Sequence record: DRR723986_622
DNA: 64,000 nt
Direction: 5' to 3' (one strand)
The notes beneath the pieces are model-generated. The model saw only the letters and a list, made by a program, of their open reading frames with translations. It had not been told where the DNA came from and searched no databases. This document shows positions 11,713-21,036 of this stretch, one piece after another. Numbering within the stretch: position 1 is the first letter of the stretch; each line of letters starts with the position of its first letter. The position numbers and the translations under genes were made by a program.

Positions 11713-12612
11713 ATGAAAAGAATTTCTACACTTTTCCTCTTTATTTTATTTAGTGGGCAACTTTTTGCCCAGGAAGATGCCACCTTAGTGCCTAAAGATA
11801 CGAGCTATTGGCTTAAAGAAATCCAAGGTGGACTGAACCTAAATCAAGCCGCATTTAGTGGTAATTGGCAAGGAGGCGGAGTAAATTCCATCGCTCTAGG
11901 TGTTTACCTCAACGGTCGTGCTAATTATGCCAGAGACAAATGGTCGTGGGACAATACAATGGATTTTATCTATGGTGTGGTGAAGAATAAGGATGAGGAA
12001 GGGCGTAAATCAAACGACCGTATTTTCCTTGATTCAAAAGTAGGTTATAAGATTAGCGACAAATGGAATTATTTCTTTGCCGTTAACTATCTTTCTCAAT
12101 TTGCTCCCGGCTATGAGTTTCCAGAGGATTCTGAGAAAATGCTGATTTCCAAGTTTGCAAATCCTGCCTATCTCACCACCTCGTTAGGTTTGGAATATAA
12201 GCCGAATGACGAGTTTAGCTTACGTATCTCACCTTTTTCACCTAGATGGACCTTTGTGACAGACACAGATCTATATTTAAATGTTCCAAACAACTATGGG
12301 GTAGAAATAGGGGAAACAGTGCGTACAGAGTGGCTGGCTTTTAGTGTGTTGGCGGATTACAATAAGAAGCTTTCTGAAAATCTATCCCTAATGGTTAGAT
12401 ATCAAATGTATGCTAACTATGAAAATTTCGCCTTTGATGCGATTGATCATCGCTTGGACTTCGGACTTACTGCCAAAGTTTCCAATCTAGTTAATGTAAG
12501 TTTGACCAGTTTGATGATCTATGATTTGGATCAAGATAGTAAAATTCAATTTTCCCAAGGTTTAGCATTAGGAATTGCATTTAAACGAGGTAACTTCCCG
12601 GAGAAGAAATAA
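11713..12612 (+). CDS. DUF3078-family putative outer-membrane beta-barrel protein
   Basis: Signal peptide ending LFA/Q, NQAAFSGNWQGGG, RKSND, SQFAPGY, alternating amphipathic strands. Confidence 0.75.
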   Translation: MKRISTLFLFILFSGQLFAQEDATLVPKDTSYWLKEIQGGLNLNQAAFSGNWQGGGVNSIALGVYLNGRANYARDKWSWDNTMDFIYGVVKNKDEEGRKSNDRIFLDSKVGYKISDKWNYFFAVNYLSQFAPGYEFPEDSEKMLISKFANPAYLTTSLGLEYKPNDEFSLRISPFSPRWTFVTDTDLYLNVPNNYGVEIGETVRTEWLAFSVLADYNKKLSENLSLMVRYQMYANYENFAFDAIDHRLDFGLTAKVSNLVNVSLTSLMIYDLDQDSKIQFSQGLALGIAFKRGNFPEKK

Positions 12613-12658
12613 TCTTAACAAATTTTTATTTGGAATTTTGATTCTATTATAAATGTAT

Positions 12659-12666
12659 TATTTTTG
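12659..12666 (+). promoter_or_regulatory. -7 element TATTTTTG, with TTTG at 12637-12640, for a candidate short transcript
   Basis: Consensus match followed about 50 nt later by an intrinsic terminator. Confidence 0.5.
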
Positions 12667-12669
12667 AAT

Positions 12670-12740
12670 TCATTGTGGTAGTTAAATAATAGTTGGTTTA
12701 GTTTTCAAATAAAGGGCAGGAGATTTTCTCCTGCTTTTTT
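12670..12740 (+). ncRNA. Candidate small RNA of about 70 nt
   Basis: Bounded by a promoter consensus and a strong terminator; contains no ORF; U/G-rich single-stranded core (UGGUAGUU...UUGGUUUAGUUUU). Confidence 0.4.
12716..12740 (+). terminator. Intrinsic terminator
   Basis: GCAGGAGA-TTT-TCTCCTGC followed by TTTTTT. Confidence 0.85.
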
Positions 12741-12809
12741 ATTGTATATATACTATACCAATAAATTTTTACTTGAAATAATCCTATTTTTTTAAAATGC
12801 TCAGGAGGT

Positions 12810-12817
12810 TACCTTTG
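12810..12817 (+). promoter_or_regulatory. -7 element TACCTTTG for the DUF1080/cupredoxin operon
   Basis: Exact TAnnTTTG match 25 nt upstream of the ATG at 12843. Confidence 0.6.
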
Positions 12818-12842
12818 GTATTCAATACCTATTTAACCTAAA

Positions 12843-14720
12843 ATGAATAAAAAATTAATTCTGATTTGTTGTTGCCTGTTAATCAAGGCGATAACATCTG
12901 TAGCACAGGACAGCCCAATTCCATTTGAGGTGCTACCTCTTCAAAGTTTAAGTGAATTTCAAGCCACAGGTAACAACTGGCAGATCGTCGGAGATGTCTT
13001 TTATGACCTAGATGGAGGTAAATCTAAAACCTCAAGTGGTGTAGGCGTACTATTGAATACTTTGCAAAAAGGTGATAACGAAGCCTTAAAAACTTCCTTT
13101 GAGCATGGGGATATTGAGCTCTCACTTGATTTTATGATGCCAAAGGGAAGTAATTCAGGTGTTTATCTTCAAGGTAGGTATGAAGTCCAATTATTTGATT
13201 CTTGGGCAGAGAAAGATCCTAAATACTCCGACGCCGGCGCAATCTATCAACGATGGGATGCTAGTAGGGGAGCAGGTAGAGAAGGTTTTGAAGGGCATCC
13301 ACCTCTTGTAAATGTCAGCAGAGCACCGGGCCTTTGGCAATCTCTTCGAATTGTCTTTCAAGCTCCCCGCTTTGATTCTAATGGGAAAAAGGTGGCTAAC
13401 GCCAAATTTGTTTCTGTTTACCAAAACGATGTTTTGGTTCAAAAGAATATTGAAGTAACAGGTCCAACCCAGGCCGCTTTTTTTGAAGATGAGCAAGCCT
13501 TAGGCCCTCTAGTGATTCAAGGCGACCATGGTGGAGTAGCTATTCGAAATATCAAGTACAAAACTTATGGATCAGAAAAGGTGACTTTGAAAGATATGAA
13601 GCTCACTTATTACGATAGCATCAGATCCATCAACGATTTTGCGAAAGCAAAGCCAAAGGGAGAAATGCCTATCGATGTATTGGCTCATTTGGCACCTGCT
13701 ACAAGGAATGAGTTTTCAGGAACTGTCGAAGGGTCCTTAGAGATTCCAAGCGATGGGGAATATTTCTTCAACCTAAATCTAGCATGGGTTCCGGATGATA
13801 CCCCACCAGGCAATATTAATGGTGCTGGTAAGCTTTTTATAGATGATAAGGAAGTGGTCTATGTGGATGGTGTAACAGGAAAAGCGAACGGATCCATAGA
13901 ATTGACAGCTGGAACTCATAAAATCAAACTGAACTACTTCAAAAAATACGGTCACTGGTATGCCCCAAGTAATGACATCACACTGACTGTCGAAGGAAAT
14001 GGAGTAGCAAAAACAGCGTTAAATGTTCCTTTAAGAGCTGATGATCCTGTGGGACAGATAGCAGTGAAAGTAAATGACAAGGCTGAAATGCAACGAGGAT
14101 TTATCATGTACGATGGGGAAAAGCGCACGCACACAGTAGCAGTCGGTGAACCAGGTGGTGTAAATTATGCCATTGATTTAAGTAAAGGTGAATTATTGAG
14201 TGTGTGGAGAGGGGATTTTGTAGAAACTACTCCGATGTGGTATGGCCGTGGAGAAACTCAACTGATGTTGCCAATGGGAAATGTGATTGAGTTGGCAGGA
14301 AAGCCAAGCTTAGCAGTGCTGGATTCAAAGGATGAAGCTTGGCCTAGTGAAATCGATGGATTTAGCTACGAAGGTTATAAACTGAAGGCTAATGGTGCTC
14401 CTATAATTAGCTACCGGATTCCAGGTGTTAGTATACAAGAGACTTTTGATACCCAGGAGTCTGGTAAGAAATTAGCACATACCCTAAAAGTAGTAGTGGA
14501 AAATGAAAATCTGGAAATTTATAGCTTGATCGCTCAAGGGGCTACTATTGAGAAGTTGCCAAATGGACTTTATGCTATTGACGATAAATCCTATTATATA
14601 GAATTAACGGGTAAGCAATCACCAATTATCAGAGATTCTGCTGATGGTTTACAAGAATTGATTTTACCTATCAAATTGATAGGCAAATCTGGAGTGGTTA
14701 CTTATTCAATTGTTTGGTAA
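12843..14720 (+). CDS. Exported DUF1080 (3-keto-glycoside lyase/hydratase family) protein with a PA14-like domain and an uncharacterised C-terminal region
   Basis: Signal peptide; NSGVYLQGRYEVQ, GAIY, PGLWQ, IQGDHG motifs; PA14-like GSLEIPSDGEYFF...LFIDDKEVV...IELTAGTHKIKLNYF. Confidence 0.78.
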   Translation: MNKKLILICCCLLIKAITSVAQDSPIPFEVLPLQSLSEFQATGNNWQIVGDVFYDLDGGKSKTSSGVGVLLNTLQKGDNEALKTSFEHGDIELSLDFMMPKGSNSGVYLQGRYEVQLFDSWAEKDPKYSDAGAIYQRWDASRGAGREGFEGHPPLVNVSRAPGLWQSLRIVFQAPRFDSNGKKVANAKFVSVYQNDVLVQKNIEVTGPTQAAFFEDEQALGPLVIQGDHGGVAIRNIKYKTYGSEKVTLKDMKLTYYDSIRSINDFAKAKPKGEMPIDVLAHLAPATRNEFSGTVEGSLEIPSDGEYFFNLNLAWVPDDTPPGNINGAGKLFIDDKEVVYVDGVTGKANGSIELTAGTHKIKLNYFKKYGHWYAPSNDITLTVEGNGVAKTALNVPLRADDPVGQIAVKVNDKAEMQRGFIMYDGEKRTHTVAVGEPGGVNYAIDLSKGELLSVWRGDFVETTPMWYGRGETQLMLPMGNVIELAGKPSLAVLDSKDEAWPSEIDGFSYEGYKLKANGAPIISYRIPGVSIQETFDTQESGKKLAHTLKVVVENENLEIYSLIAQGATIEKLPNGLYAIDDKSYYIELTGKQSPIIRDSADGLQELILPIKLIGKSGVVTYSIVW

Positions 14721-14735
14721 TAAATAGGAAGCAGC

Positions 14736-16844
14736 ATGAAAAATCTAATGAATTTTAAAAATACTAAAGGATTTGCTTTTGCCTTAGCTTGCCTAGTTAT
14801 CGGACAAGTTGAATTAAAAGCGCAGGATAAAGCCCCGATGATGGTGCCTGAAACTGAGGATGATTTTTATAAAATGATCTCGCTTCCAGTTCCTGAAGAT
14901 GTGATTTTGGAAGTGGGCGGAATGGCTACGTTGCCGGATGGGAGCTTGGCTATTTGTACGCGAAGAGGTGAAGTGTGGATAGTTTCCAGTCCGAGTATTT
15001 CCGGAAGTGAAAAGCCCGTATATAAGAAATTTGCTTCTGGATTACACGAACCCTTGGGATTAGCATATAAGGATGGAGATATTTATGTGACGCAGAGAAG
15101 TGAATTGACTAGGCTGAGTGACACCGATGGAGATGGTCAGGCAGATGTGTATGACAAAATATACTCCTGGCCTCTTTCTGGGAATTACCACGAGTACTCT
15201 TATGGACCTACTTTTCTTCCTAATGGCAATATGCTGGTGACGCTCAATGTTGGCTGGAGTAATAGCCTTGGACATGGAGTTAGTTTGGTTCCTTGGAGAG
15301 GTTGGGCGTTGGAAATCACACCTGATGGTGAAATGATCCCTTTTGCTGCTGGAATGCGGTCTCCAGCCGGATACGGAATGAATGCAGAAGGTGATTTCTT
15401 TTATACCGAAAACCAAGGTGACTGGGTTGGTTCAGGCAGAATTTCTCATGTCGAAAAAGGAGATTTCTTGGGAAATGCGGAAAGTTTAGAATGGTCTGAC
15501 TTGCCAGGTTCTCCGGTGACACTGAAGAAGGAGGATATTCCAAATACAGGTGAACCAATGTATGACGTAGCACAGCGAGTACCAGGACTGAAAGCGCCGG
15601 CGATTTGGTTGCCTCATGGGATTTTGGGGATTTCTACTTCAGGATTCTTGAATGATAATACAGAAGGAAAATTCGGGCCATTTGCCAATCAGGTATTTGT
15701 AGGAGATCAAGGGCAGAGTAATATAGCTCGTGTTGATTTTGAGAAAATTAATGGTGTTTACCAAGGGGTAGTATTTCCATTTAGAGAAGGTTTTTCCTCA
15801 GGAATTCTGAGAATGGTCTGGGGAAATGATGCTTCCATGTTTGTAGGTATGACAAGCCGTGGTTGGTCTTCCACTGGCAAAGAGTTATTTAGTTTACAGC
15901 GATTGGTTTGGACTGGTAGAATGCCTTTCGAAATGAAGACGATCAAATCAAAACCTGATGGTTTTGAGATTGAGTTCACGGAGCCGGTAGATAAGGAGCT
16001 GGCAAAAGACCCGGCAAACTATCAAGTAACTGGTTTCACTTATAAGTATCAAGCGCAGTACGGTAGTCCAGTGATCAATAATGCGCCTTGTGATATTATT
16101 GGTGTGGTAGTTTCTGAGGATGGAATGAAGGCTAGATTGTTGGTCGACAATCTACGCTTAGGCTATATCCATGAAATCAAAGCTGAAGGAGTGAAGTCAA
16201 CTGAAGGAAAGCCTCTTTTGCATAATGTAGGATATTACACGCTGAACAATTTTGGTGCAGGGGAAAAAATTGATCAAGCGCCTTTTTTGGCAGCGCGTCA
16301 TGAGCATGAGAAGATGATGAAAGCTGCGGCAGATAGTGCAGCAAAAGCGCAAGCAGATGCAGAAGCTAAAGCCAAAGCTGCCGAAGCGAAAAAACAGGCG
16401 GCTGCAACTACTCCAGCCGCTCCAAAATTGGCAAAAAACACCACAACTATGCCAGCAGCATGGGATGGAAAAGCTGATGTCACAATTAACATGGGAACTA
16501 AGCCAGGTCTGAAGTTTGATCCAGCTCAAGTTCAAGTAAAAGCTGGAAGCAAGGTGAAGCTAGTTTTCCAAAATGTGGATGATATGCTACACAATTTTGT
16601 GATCGTGATGCCAGGTACTGCCATAGAAGTAGGTGAAGCAGCGATGAAGCTTGGACTGGAAGGTCAGCAAAAGGACTACATTCCTAATACAAGCAAGGTA
16701 CTGGTTAATACAAAATTGCTTCAGCCAAGTGAATCGGCTACGATATATTTCATCGCTCCAACTGAGCCTGGCGAATATACTTATGTGTGTACTGTTCCTG
16801 GGCATTTCTATACCATGCAAGGAATCTTGAAAGTGGTGAAGTGA
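14736..16844 (+). CDS. Exported glucose/sorbosone-dehydrogenase-like beta-propeller fused via an Ala/Lys-rich linker to an azurin/auracyanin type-1 copper domain
   Basis: Signal peptide; GLHEPLGL, DTDGDGQAD, GMRSPAG, ENQGDW; C-terminal MLHNFV...YVCTVPGHFYTM supplies His, Cys, His and Met ligands. Confidence 0.8.
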   Translation: MKNLMNFKNTKGFAFALACLVIGQVELKAQDKAPMMVPETEDDFYKMISLPVPEDVILEVGGMATLPDGSLAICTRRGEVWIVSSPSISGSEKPVYKKFASGLHEPLGLAYKDGDIYVTQRSELTRLSDTDGDGQADVYDKIYSWPLSGNYHEYSYGPTFLPNGNMLVTLNVGWSNSLGHGVSLVPWRGWALEITPDGEMIPFAAGMRSPAGYGMNAEGDFFYTENQGDWVGSGRISHVEKGDFLGNAESLEWSDLPGSPVTLKKEDIPNTGEPMYDVAQRVPGLKAPAIWLPHGILGISTSGFLNDNTEGKFGPFANQVFVGDQGQSNIARVDFEKINGVYQGVVFPFREGFSSGILRMVWGNDASMFVGMTSRGWSSTGKELFSLQRLVWTGRMPFEMKTIKSKPDGFEIEFTEPVDKELAKDPANYQVTGFTYKYQAQYGSPVINNAPCDIIGVVVSEDGMKARLLVDNLRLGYIHEIKAEGVKSTEGKPLLHNVGYYTLNNFGAGEKIDQAPFLAARHEHEKMMKAAADSAAKAQADAEAKAKAAEAKKQAAATTPAAPKLAKNTTTMPAAWDGKADVTINMGTKPGLKFDPAQVQVKAGSKVKLVFQNVDDMLHNFVIVMPGTAIEVGEAAMKLGLEGQQKDYIPNTSKVLVNTKLLQPSESATIYFIAPTEPGEYTYVCTVPGHFYTMQGILKVVK

Positions 16845-16851
16845 TTTGGCT

Positions 16852-16877
16852 GGAAGACAGAAGACGGAAGACGGAAG
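16852..16877 (+). repeat. Heptamer tandem micro-repeat (G/A)GAAGAC, about 3.7 copies
   Basis: GGAAGAC AGAAGAC GGAAGAC GGAAG just after the stop codon. Confidence 0.75.
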
Positions 16878-16925
16878 TAACCTGATTTTTGCAATTAAAC
16901 TAATCCTAGGTTTCTTCAGCCTTTG

Positions 16926-16967
16926 AATCAAAAAAGCGCAGATTGTGAGGTCTGCGCTTTTTTGATT
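16926..16967. terminator. Bidirectional intrinsic terminator
   Basis: Perfect 17-bp inverted repeat AATCAAAAAAGCGCAGA / TCTGCGCTTTTTTGATT between convergent genes. Confidence 0.88.
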
Positions 16968-16970
16968 TCA

Positions 16971-17009
16971 AATTTGAGGTTCAATATTTATAATTTGAAA
17001 CCTCAAATT
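16971..17009. repeat. Second inverted repeat adjacent to the terminator
   Basis: AATTTGAGGTT ... AACCTCAAATT (11-bp perfect arms). Confidence 0.6.
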
Positions 17010-17013
17010 CTTC

Positions 17014-19296
17014 TCACTTCTGAATCTGATAATGCCTAATTGGTTCTTCGCCCAATAGATGCTCAATGAAATAATCCCAGCGCTTTTTAGTAAAGTAATC
17101 TCCATCAGTTCTTCCAAAGCTGTGATTTCTACTTGGCCAGATAAATAAGTCAAAGTCTTTTCCAGCTTTGATCAGCGCTTCAGCAAATTTGAATGTTGCC
17201 GAAGGATTCACATTTTCATCTATTCCTCCATGGGCTAAAAGAAGATGACCTTTGAGTTTGGATGCATTGGTGATGTTGGATTGCTCATGATAGAAATCCC
17301 CAATAGGATAGCCCATATACATCTCTGGCCACCAGGCTTTTTCCATACGATGATCATGATCCCCAGCGGAAGCTACTCCAACTTTATAGAAATCAGGATG
17401 TAAAAGCATAGCTCTGCCGGCATCATATCCACCTGCAGAATGTCCAAAGATTCCTACTTTTTCCACATCCATGAACTTGTTTTTAGATGCCAATTCTTTG
17501 ATGGCAAGTACATGATCTGTAGTTCCATCGCCTAGGTTATTGTAAGATACGTCATTGAATGCTTTGCCTCTTCCGCTTGTGCCTAGGCCGTCAACCGTCA
17601 CAACTACAAATCCCAATTCGGACATTGGCTGTTGTAAACCAACGAGGCCAGCCCGAAATGTCTTTGGAGTAATATCTATGTGAGGACCAGAATAAGTATA
17701 GTCAATGATTGGGTATTTCTTTTTGGAATTAAAATCTGTGGGTAGATAATAGATGCCATAGATCGTGGTTTTGCCATCCTTAGCTGTTGCAGTGAACTGT
17801 TTAGGGCTTTGATAACCTTTCTTCAACAGATTGGAAATATCAGCTTTAGAAATTTCATGGACGATTCTACCTGTCTTCAATTCTCTTACTACTGAAGTTG
17901 TTGGTTGATCAACAGTTGAATAATTGTCCACAAAATAATCTTCCCCTCGACCATAACTGATGTCGTGAAATGCTTTTTCCGGAGTCAATAATTCCAGTCC
18001 AGTTCCATCAAAATTCACTTTGTAAACAAAGGAATAATACGGATTTACATCCTTTTCCTTCCCCGCTGCTTCAAAATAAATAAGGCTATTTTCCTCATCG
18101 ACTTTGAGTAGATTCTTGACTACATAATCTCCATTAGTAATTTGATTAACCAATTTTCCAGATTCCCAATCCATCAGATACAGCTGATTCCAGCCTGATC
18201 TCTCAGTCCCAAGGATGAATTGCCCGTTATCCAGTCTTCTGAAAATATTGTTGTTATTGACATGTGTGGGAGAGGATTCGGAATATACTTTTCGGATTTT
18301 TTTGGTGTCGGTATTGATCTCAAGTAAGTCAAAGCTTTTAAAACCTCTTTCTAAGTAGGTACCATAAATGTGCTTACTATCGGCATCCCAGTTGAAGTAC
18401 ATTCCGATGAAATGTGGGAGAGAAAGCCCAGGGAATTTGGTGGCCGCTTTACTTTCTAAATCAAATAAAACCGGAGTGTACATCACTACAGTAGTGTCGC
18501 CAGGTGACGCTCTATAATACCCCATGAGCTGAGGTCGGAATTTATCATCTTGACTATTGTCCAACAACAGCATCTTTTCTGCTAGTCGTAAATCCACAAT
18601 CTGAGTTTGGATCTTCTTAGAATCTGGAGACCAATTGATGCTTAAATGCTCAGGACGCTCGCCATTTTCTCCCAAAATCATATCTGACCAGCCCCAGAAT
18701 GAAGCGTATTCATAGTCTTTTCTTCCATCATAGCTCAACTGGGATTCCTCTCCAGTTTCTAGATTTTCCACGAAAAGATTGAAGTTTTTCACATAAGCCT
18801 TCCAATTCCCATCAGGAGAAATAGACACTGATCTGTCCCTAGAATCTTGGGCAATCTTCTTTGACTCCAAATTCCCATTGGTATAGATCCAGTTTTTATT
18901 CATCCATTCGAAAGAAAGAGTCCCATCTTCTTTGAGCTGAATTCGACTGAAAGGAAGGTTGCTGGAATCGATAGAATCACCACTCTTATCGGATAGAAGT
19001 TTAGCCAACGCTTCATGGTCAAAGGCTACTTTGGTTTCACTTTTTTCTATGTTCGTTATAAAAAAACGTTTCCCCTCCTTCGTATAGGTTTGATGCCAAA
19101 AACTCTTTTTATCATCCAGCCAATTTGGAATCACATCTAAGTGATAAATTTCTTTTTGAATGTTTCCACTCAGGAAATACTCCGCTTTGTGGTAGGTGTC
19201 TTCTGTGATTTGGGCAAAAGACTGTGTGGCATATATCGATAGGAAAAGGAATAGAACCGATTGTCGAACAGACTGGAAATTAATATGAATGAGCAT
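17014..19296 (-). CDS. S9 family peptidase (DPP IV-like, exported)
   Basis: Signal peptide, propeller SPDG/WSPDS, nucleophile GHSAGG, GGIDENV (Asp), RNHSF (His). Confidence 0.9.
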   Translation of the reverse strand: MLIHINFQSVRQSVLFLFLSIYATQSFAQITEDTYHKAEYFLSGNIQKEIYHLDVIPNWLDDKKSFWHQTYTKEGKRFFITNIEKSETKVAFDHEALAKLLSDKSGDSIDSSNLPFSRIQLKEDGTLSFEWMNKNWIYTNGNLESKKIAQDSRDRSVSISPDGNWKAYVKNFNLFVENLETGEESQLSYDGRKDYEYASFWGWSDMILGENGERPEHLSINWSPDSKKIQTQIVDLRLAEKMLLLDNSQDDKFRPQLMGYYRASPGDTTVVMYTPVLFDLESKAATKFPGLSLPHFIGMYFNWDADSKHIYGTYLERGFKSFDLLEINTDTKKIRKVYSESSPTHVNNNNIFRRLDNGQFILGTERSGWNQLYLMDWESGKLVNQITNGDYVVKNLLKVDEENSLIYFEAAGKEKDVNPYYSFVYKVNFDGTGLELLTPEKAFHDISYGRGEDYFVDNYSTVDQPTTSVVRELKTGRIVHEISKADISNLLKKGYQSPKQFTATAKDGKTTIYGIYYLPTDFNSKKKYPIIDYTYSGPHIDITPKTFRAGLVGLQQPMSELGFVVVTVDGLGTSGRGKAFNDVSYNNLGDGTTDHVLAIKELASKNKFMDVEKVGIFGHSAGGYDAGRAMLLHPDFYKVGVASAGDHDHRMEKAWWPEMYMGYPIGDFYHEQSNITNASKLKGHLLLAHGGIDENVNPSATFKFAEALIKAGKDFDLFIWPSRNHSFGRTDGDYFTKKRWDYFIEHLLGEEPIRHYQIQK

Positions 19297-19395
19297 AATA
19301 AAGGGGATAGCTTACGGTTTCAAGGTATCCCCAATATTTGCAATAAACACTTCAACAATTGATAAAAAGTGATCCTATTTTGTATGCGGTACTAT

Positions 19396-19950
19396 TTATC
19401 CAGCAGCTTCATAGGCTTTTTTGAGCCAACTTGACACTTCCTCATTAATATCATTTACATCCGTAAGATAAATTTTGTGGCTACACATTCCATTGGTTTT
19501 GGTATCAATTTCCAAAATTCCTTCCGCCGGGTGCCCCTTTAGATTAATGCCAATTTCGTATCTCGTTTTTGTAGCGGGAATTAACATAGCAAATTGTTTT
19601 TTGCGCTTAATACTCACGTAGGAGTTTTTTGGAGCGAATTCCACATCAGAACCAAGAGCCTTAATTTCAGCACTCAGCTTTTCATAAATAGGTAAAAAGT
19701 GTTCTTTGCCTTTGTATTGCTTGGTGATCAATTCATCCGTGTCTGATGCTGATCCAGCATCTGATTTCAAAGTTTTGTGTGCTACTAAATTCGCAAACCC
19801 ATGAGTAAATTCATGTTCTGTCTTTAGAAATTTGACGATTTCTCCATGCTTTTTTAAATCTTCTTTTTGAACGATTGCAACCCATTGATCTAGGCTTTTG
19901 CCTGTGTTTTTCGCTAAGTTGTCGATCATTGTTTGTGCAGCTTGATCCAT
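19396..19950 (-). CDS. DUF4287 + DUF5655 domain protein
   Basis: NLAKNTGKSLDQW, KHGEIVKFLKTEHEFTHGFAN; C-terminal PKNSYVS...KQFA...WLKKAY. Confidence 0.75.
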   Translation of the reverse strand: MDQAAQTMIDNLAKNTGKSLDQWVAIVQKEDLKKHGEIVKFLKTEHEFTHGFANLVAHKTLKSDAGSASDTDELITKQYKGKEHFLPIYEKLSAEIKALGSDVEFAPKNSYVSIKRKKQFAMLIPATKTRYEIGINLKGHPAEGILEIDTKTNGMCSHKIYLTDVNDINEEVSSWLKKAYEAAG

Positions 19951-19956
19951 AGTTTT

Positions 19957-20958
19957 TTAGGGGTTTGTTGTTTCGATTTCACAAAGAATTGGAAAGTGAT
20001 CTGAAGCTCTCTTCAGGGAATTACTGATAGACTGAATTGATGGATTATCTTTTTCTAGGTATGGATTCCAGACAGTTCCATTGATAACTTTTATTTTTTG
20101 GCTGGCGAGGATATGATCAATCAAGACATTTACCTCATCTCCCGTGATCCGATCTCTATAACGACTGGAATTTGGGGTATATCCATAGCTGTTCAATTTA
20201 GGTTTAGGTAGGACAGATTTGAGTACAAATTCCGGCTTCCAAAGATCACCTAGCAATATTTCCACGGCACTTTTAGAGAATTTATTTTCGTAGAAATCCA
20301 ACTCAAATCCGTCGTTGATATCTCCCATCACCATGACTTGCTGGCTTTTTTCTAAATATTCATCACAGCGCTCCCTGATCGACATACATTCTGCAAAAAG
20401 CTTTAGCCGATCACGAGCTGAAATTTGTTCAAATCTCGCATAATCTACCATGTCAAAAATACCTTTCGACTTCGTATGCGCAATTATCACTCGGGTAATC
20501 AAGGTGTCATCTAACCCTAAAATACTCAGTTCTAAGGGTGGACGGTAATGCTTGTATTGCTCCTTGATCAATCTGTTAGTAGTGTCTTGAAGAAAGGGCT
20601 CATCAAACCGCTTCCCCGCTTTTGTCTCAGGTGTGAATAGAACATTGATTTTTTCAGGTTTGTAAATTGCGCAGAGTTCCTGTTGACCTGCGGAAGGGAA
20701 TCCATGAATGCCTTTGTAATTAGATCCAGGAATAAAGGTCTGAGTCCAGACTTCTAATTGTAAAGAAGCTGTTTTGGAACCGTCGACTAAGGTGTTTGGT
20801 CCTTCTACAATTCCGAGAAAATCAGGATTCATCGCTTGGATAACTTCGGCTAGTTGTTGACTTCTCACCAGTTCCTTACCTGTCATTTTTGGATTTCCGC
20901 CGGTGTCAAAAAGATCCCGCATCCATTCCACATTGTAAACTCCGATTCTCAGTATCAT
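19957..20958 (-). CDS. Endonuclease/exonuclease/phosphatase (EEP) family protein
   Basis: YNVE, GIVEG, AHTKS, MGDIND, IDHI, SDHFP catalytic pattern. Confidence 0.85.
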   Translation of the reverse strand: MILRIGVYNVEWMRDLFDTGGNPKMTGKELVRSQQLAEVIQAMNPDFLGIVEGPNTLVDGSKTASLQLEVWTQTFIPGSNYKGIHGFPSAGQQELCAIYKPEKINVLFTPETKAGKRFDEPFLQDTTNRLIKEQYKHYRPPLELSILGLDDTLITRVIIAHTKSKGIFDMVDYARFEQISARDRLKLFAECMSIRERCDEYLEKSQQVMVMGDINDGFELDFYENKFSKSAVEILLGDLWKPEFVLKSVLPKPKLNSYGYTPNSSRYRDRITGDEVNVLIDHILASQKIKVINGTVWNPYLEKDNPSIQSISNSLKRASDHFPILCEIETTNP

Positions 20959-20959
20959 A

Positions 20960-21003
20960 AAAATGCAACTTAAGGTGAAAAATCACCCTTAAGTTACATT
21001 TTT
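20960..21003 (-). terminator. Hairpin between the HGSNAT-like gene and the EEP gene
   Basis: AAATGCAACTTAAGGTGA...TCACCCTTAAGTTACATTT imperfect inverted repeat abutting the EEP start codon. Confidence 0.5.
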
Positions 21004-21036
21004 ATAGGTATTTATCTGATAGTGAAATTATTGTAT

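Noticed and set aside
16320-16430. GCA/GCT/AAA-rich repetitive DNA here and in accB (30960-31040)
   Set aside because: Explained by the Ala/Lys/Pro-rich protein linkers; not independent DNA repeats
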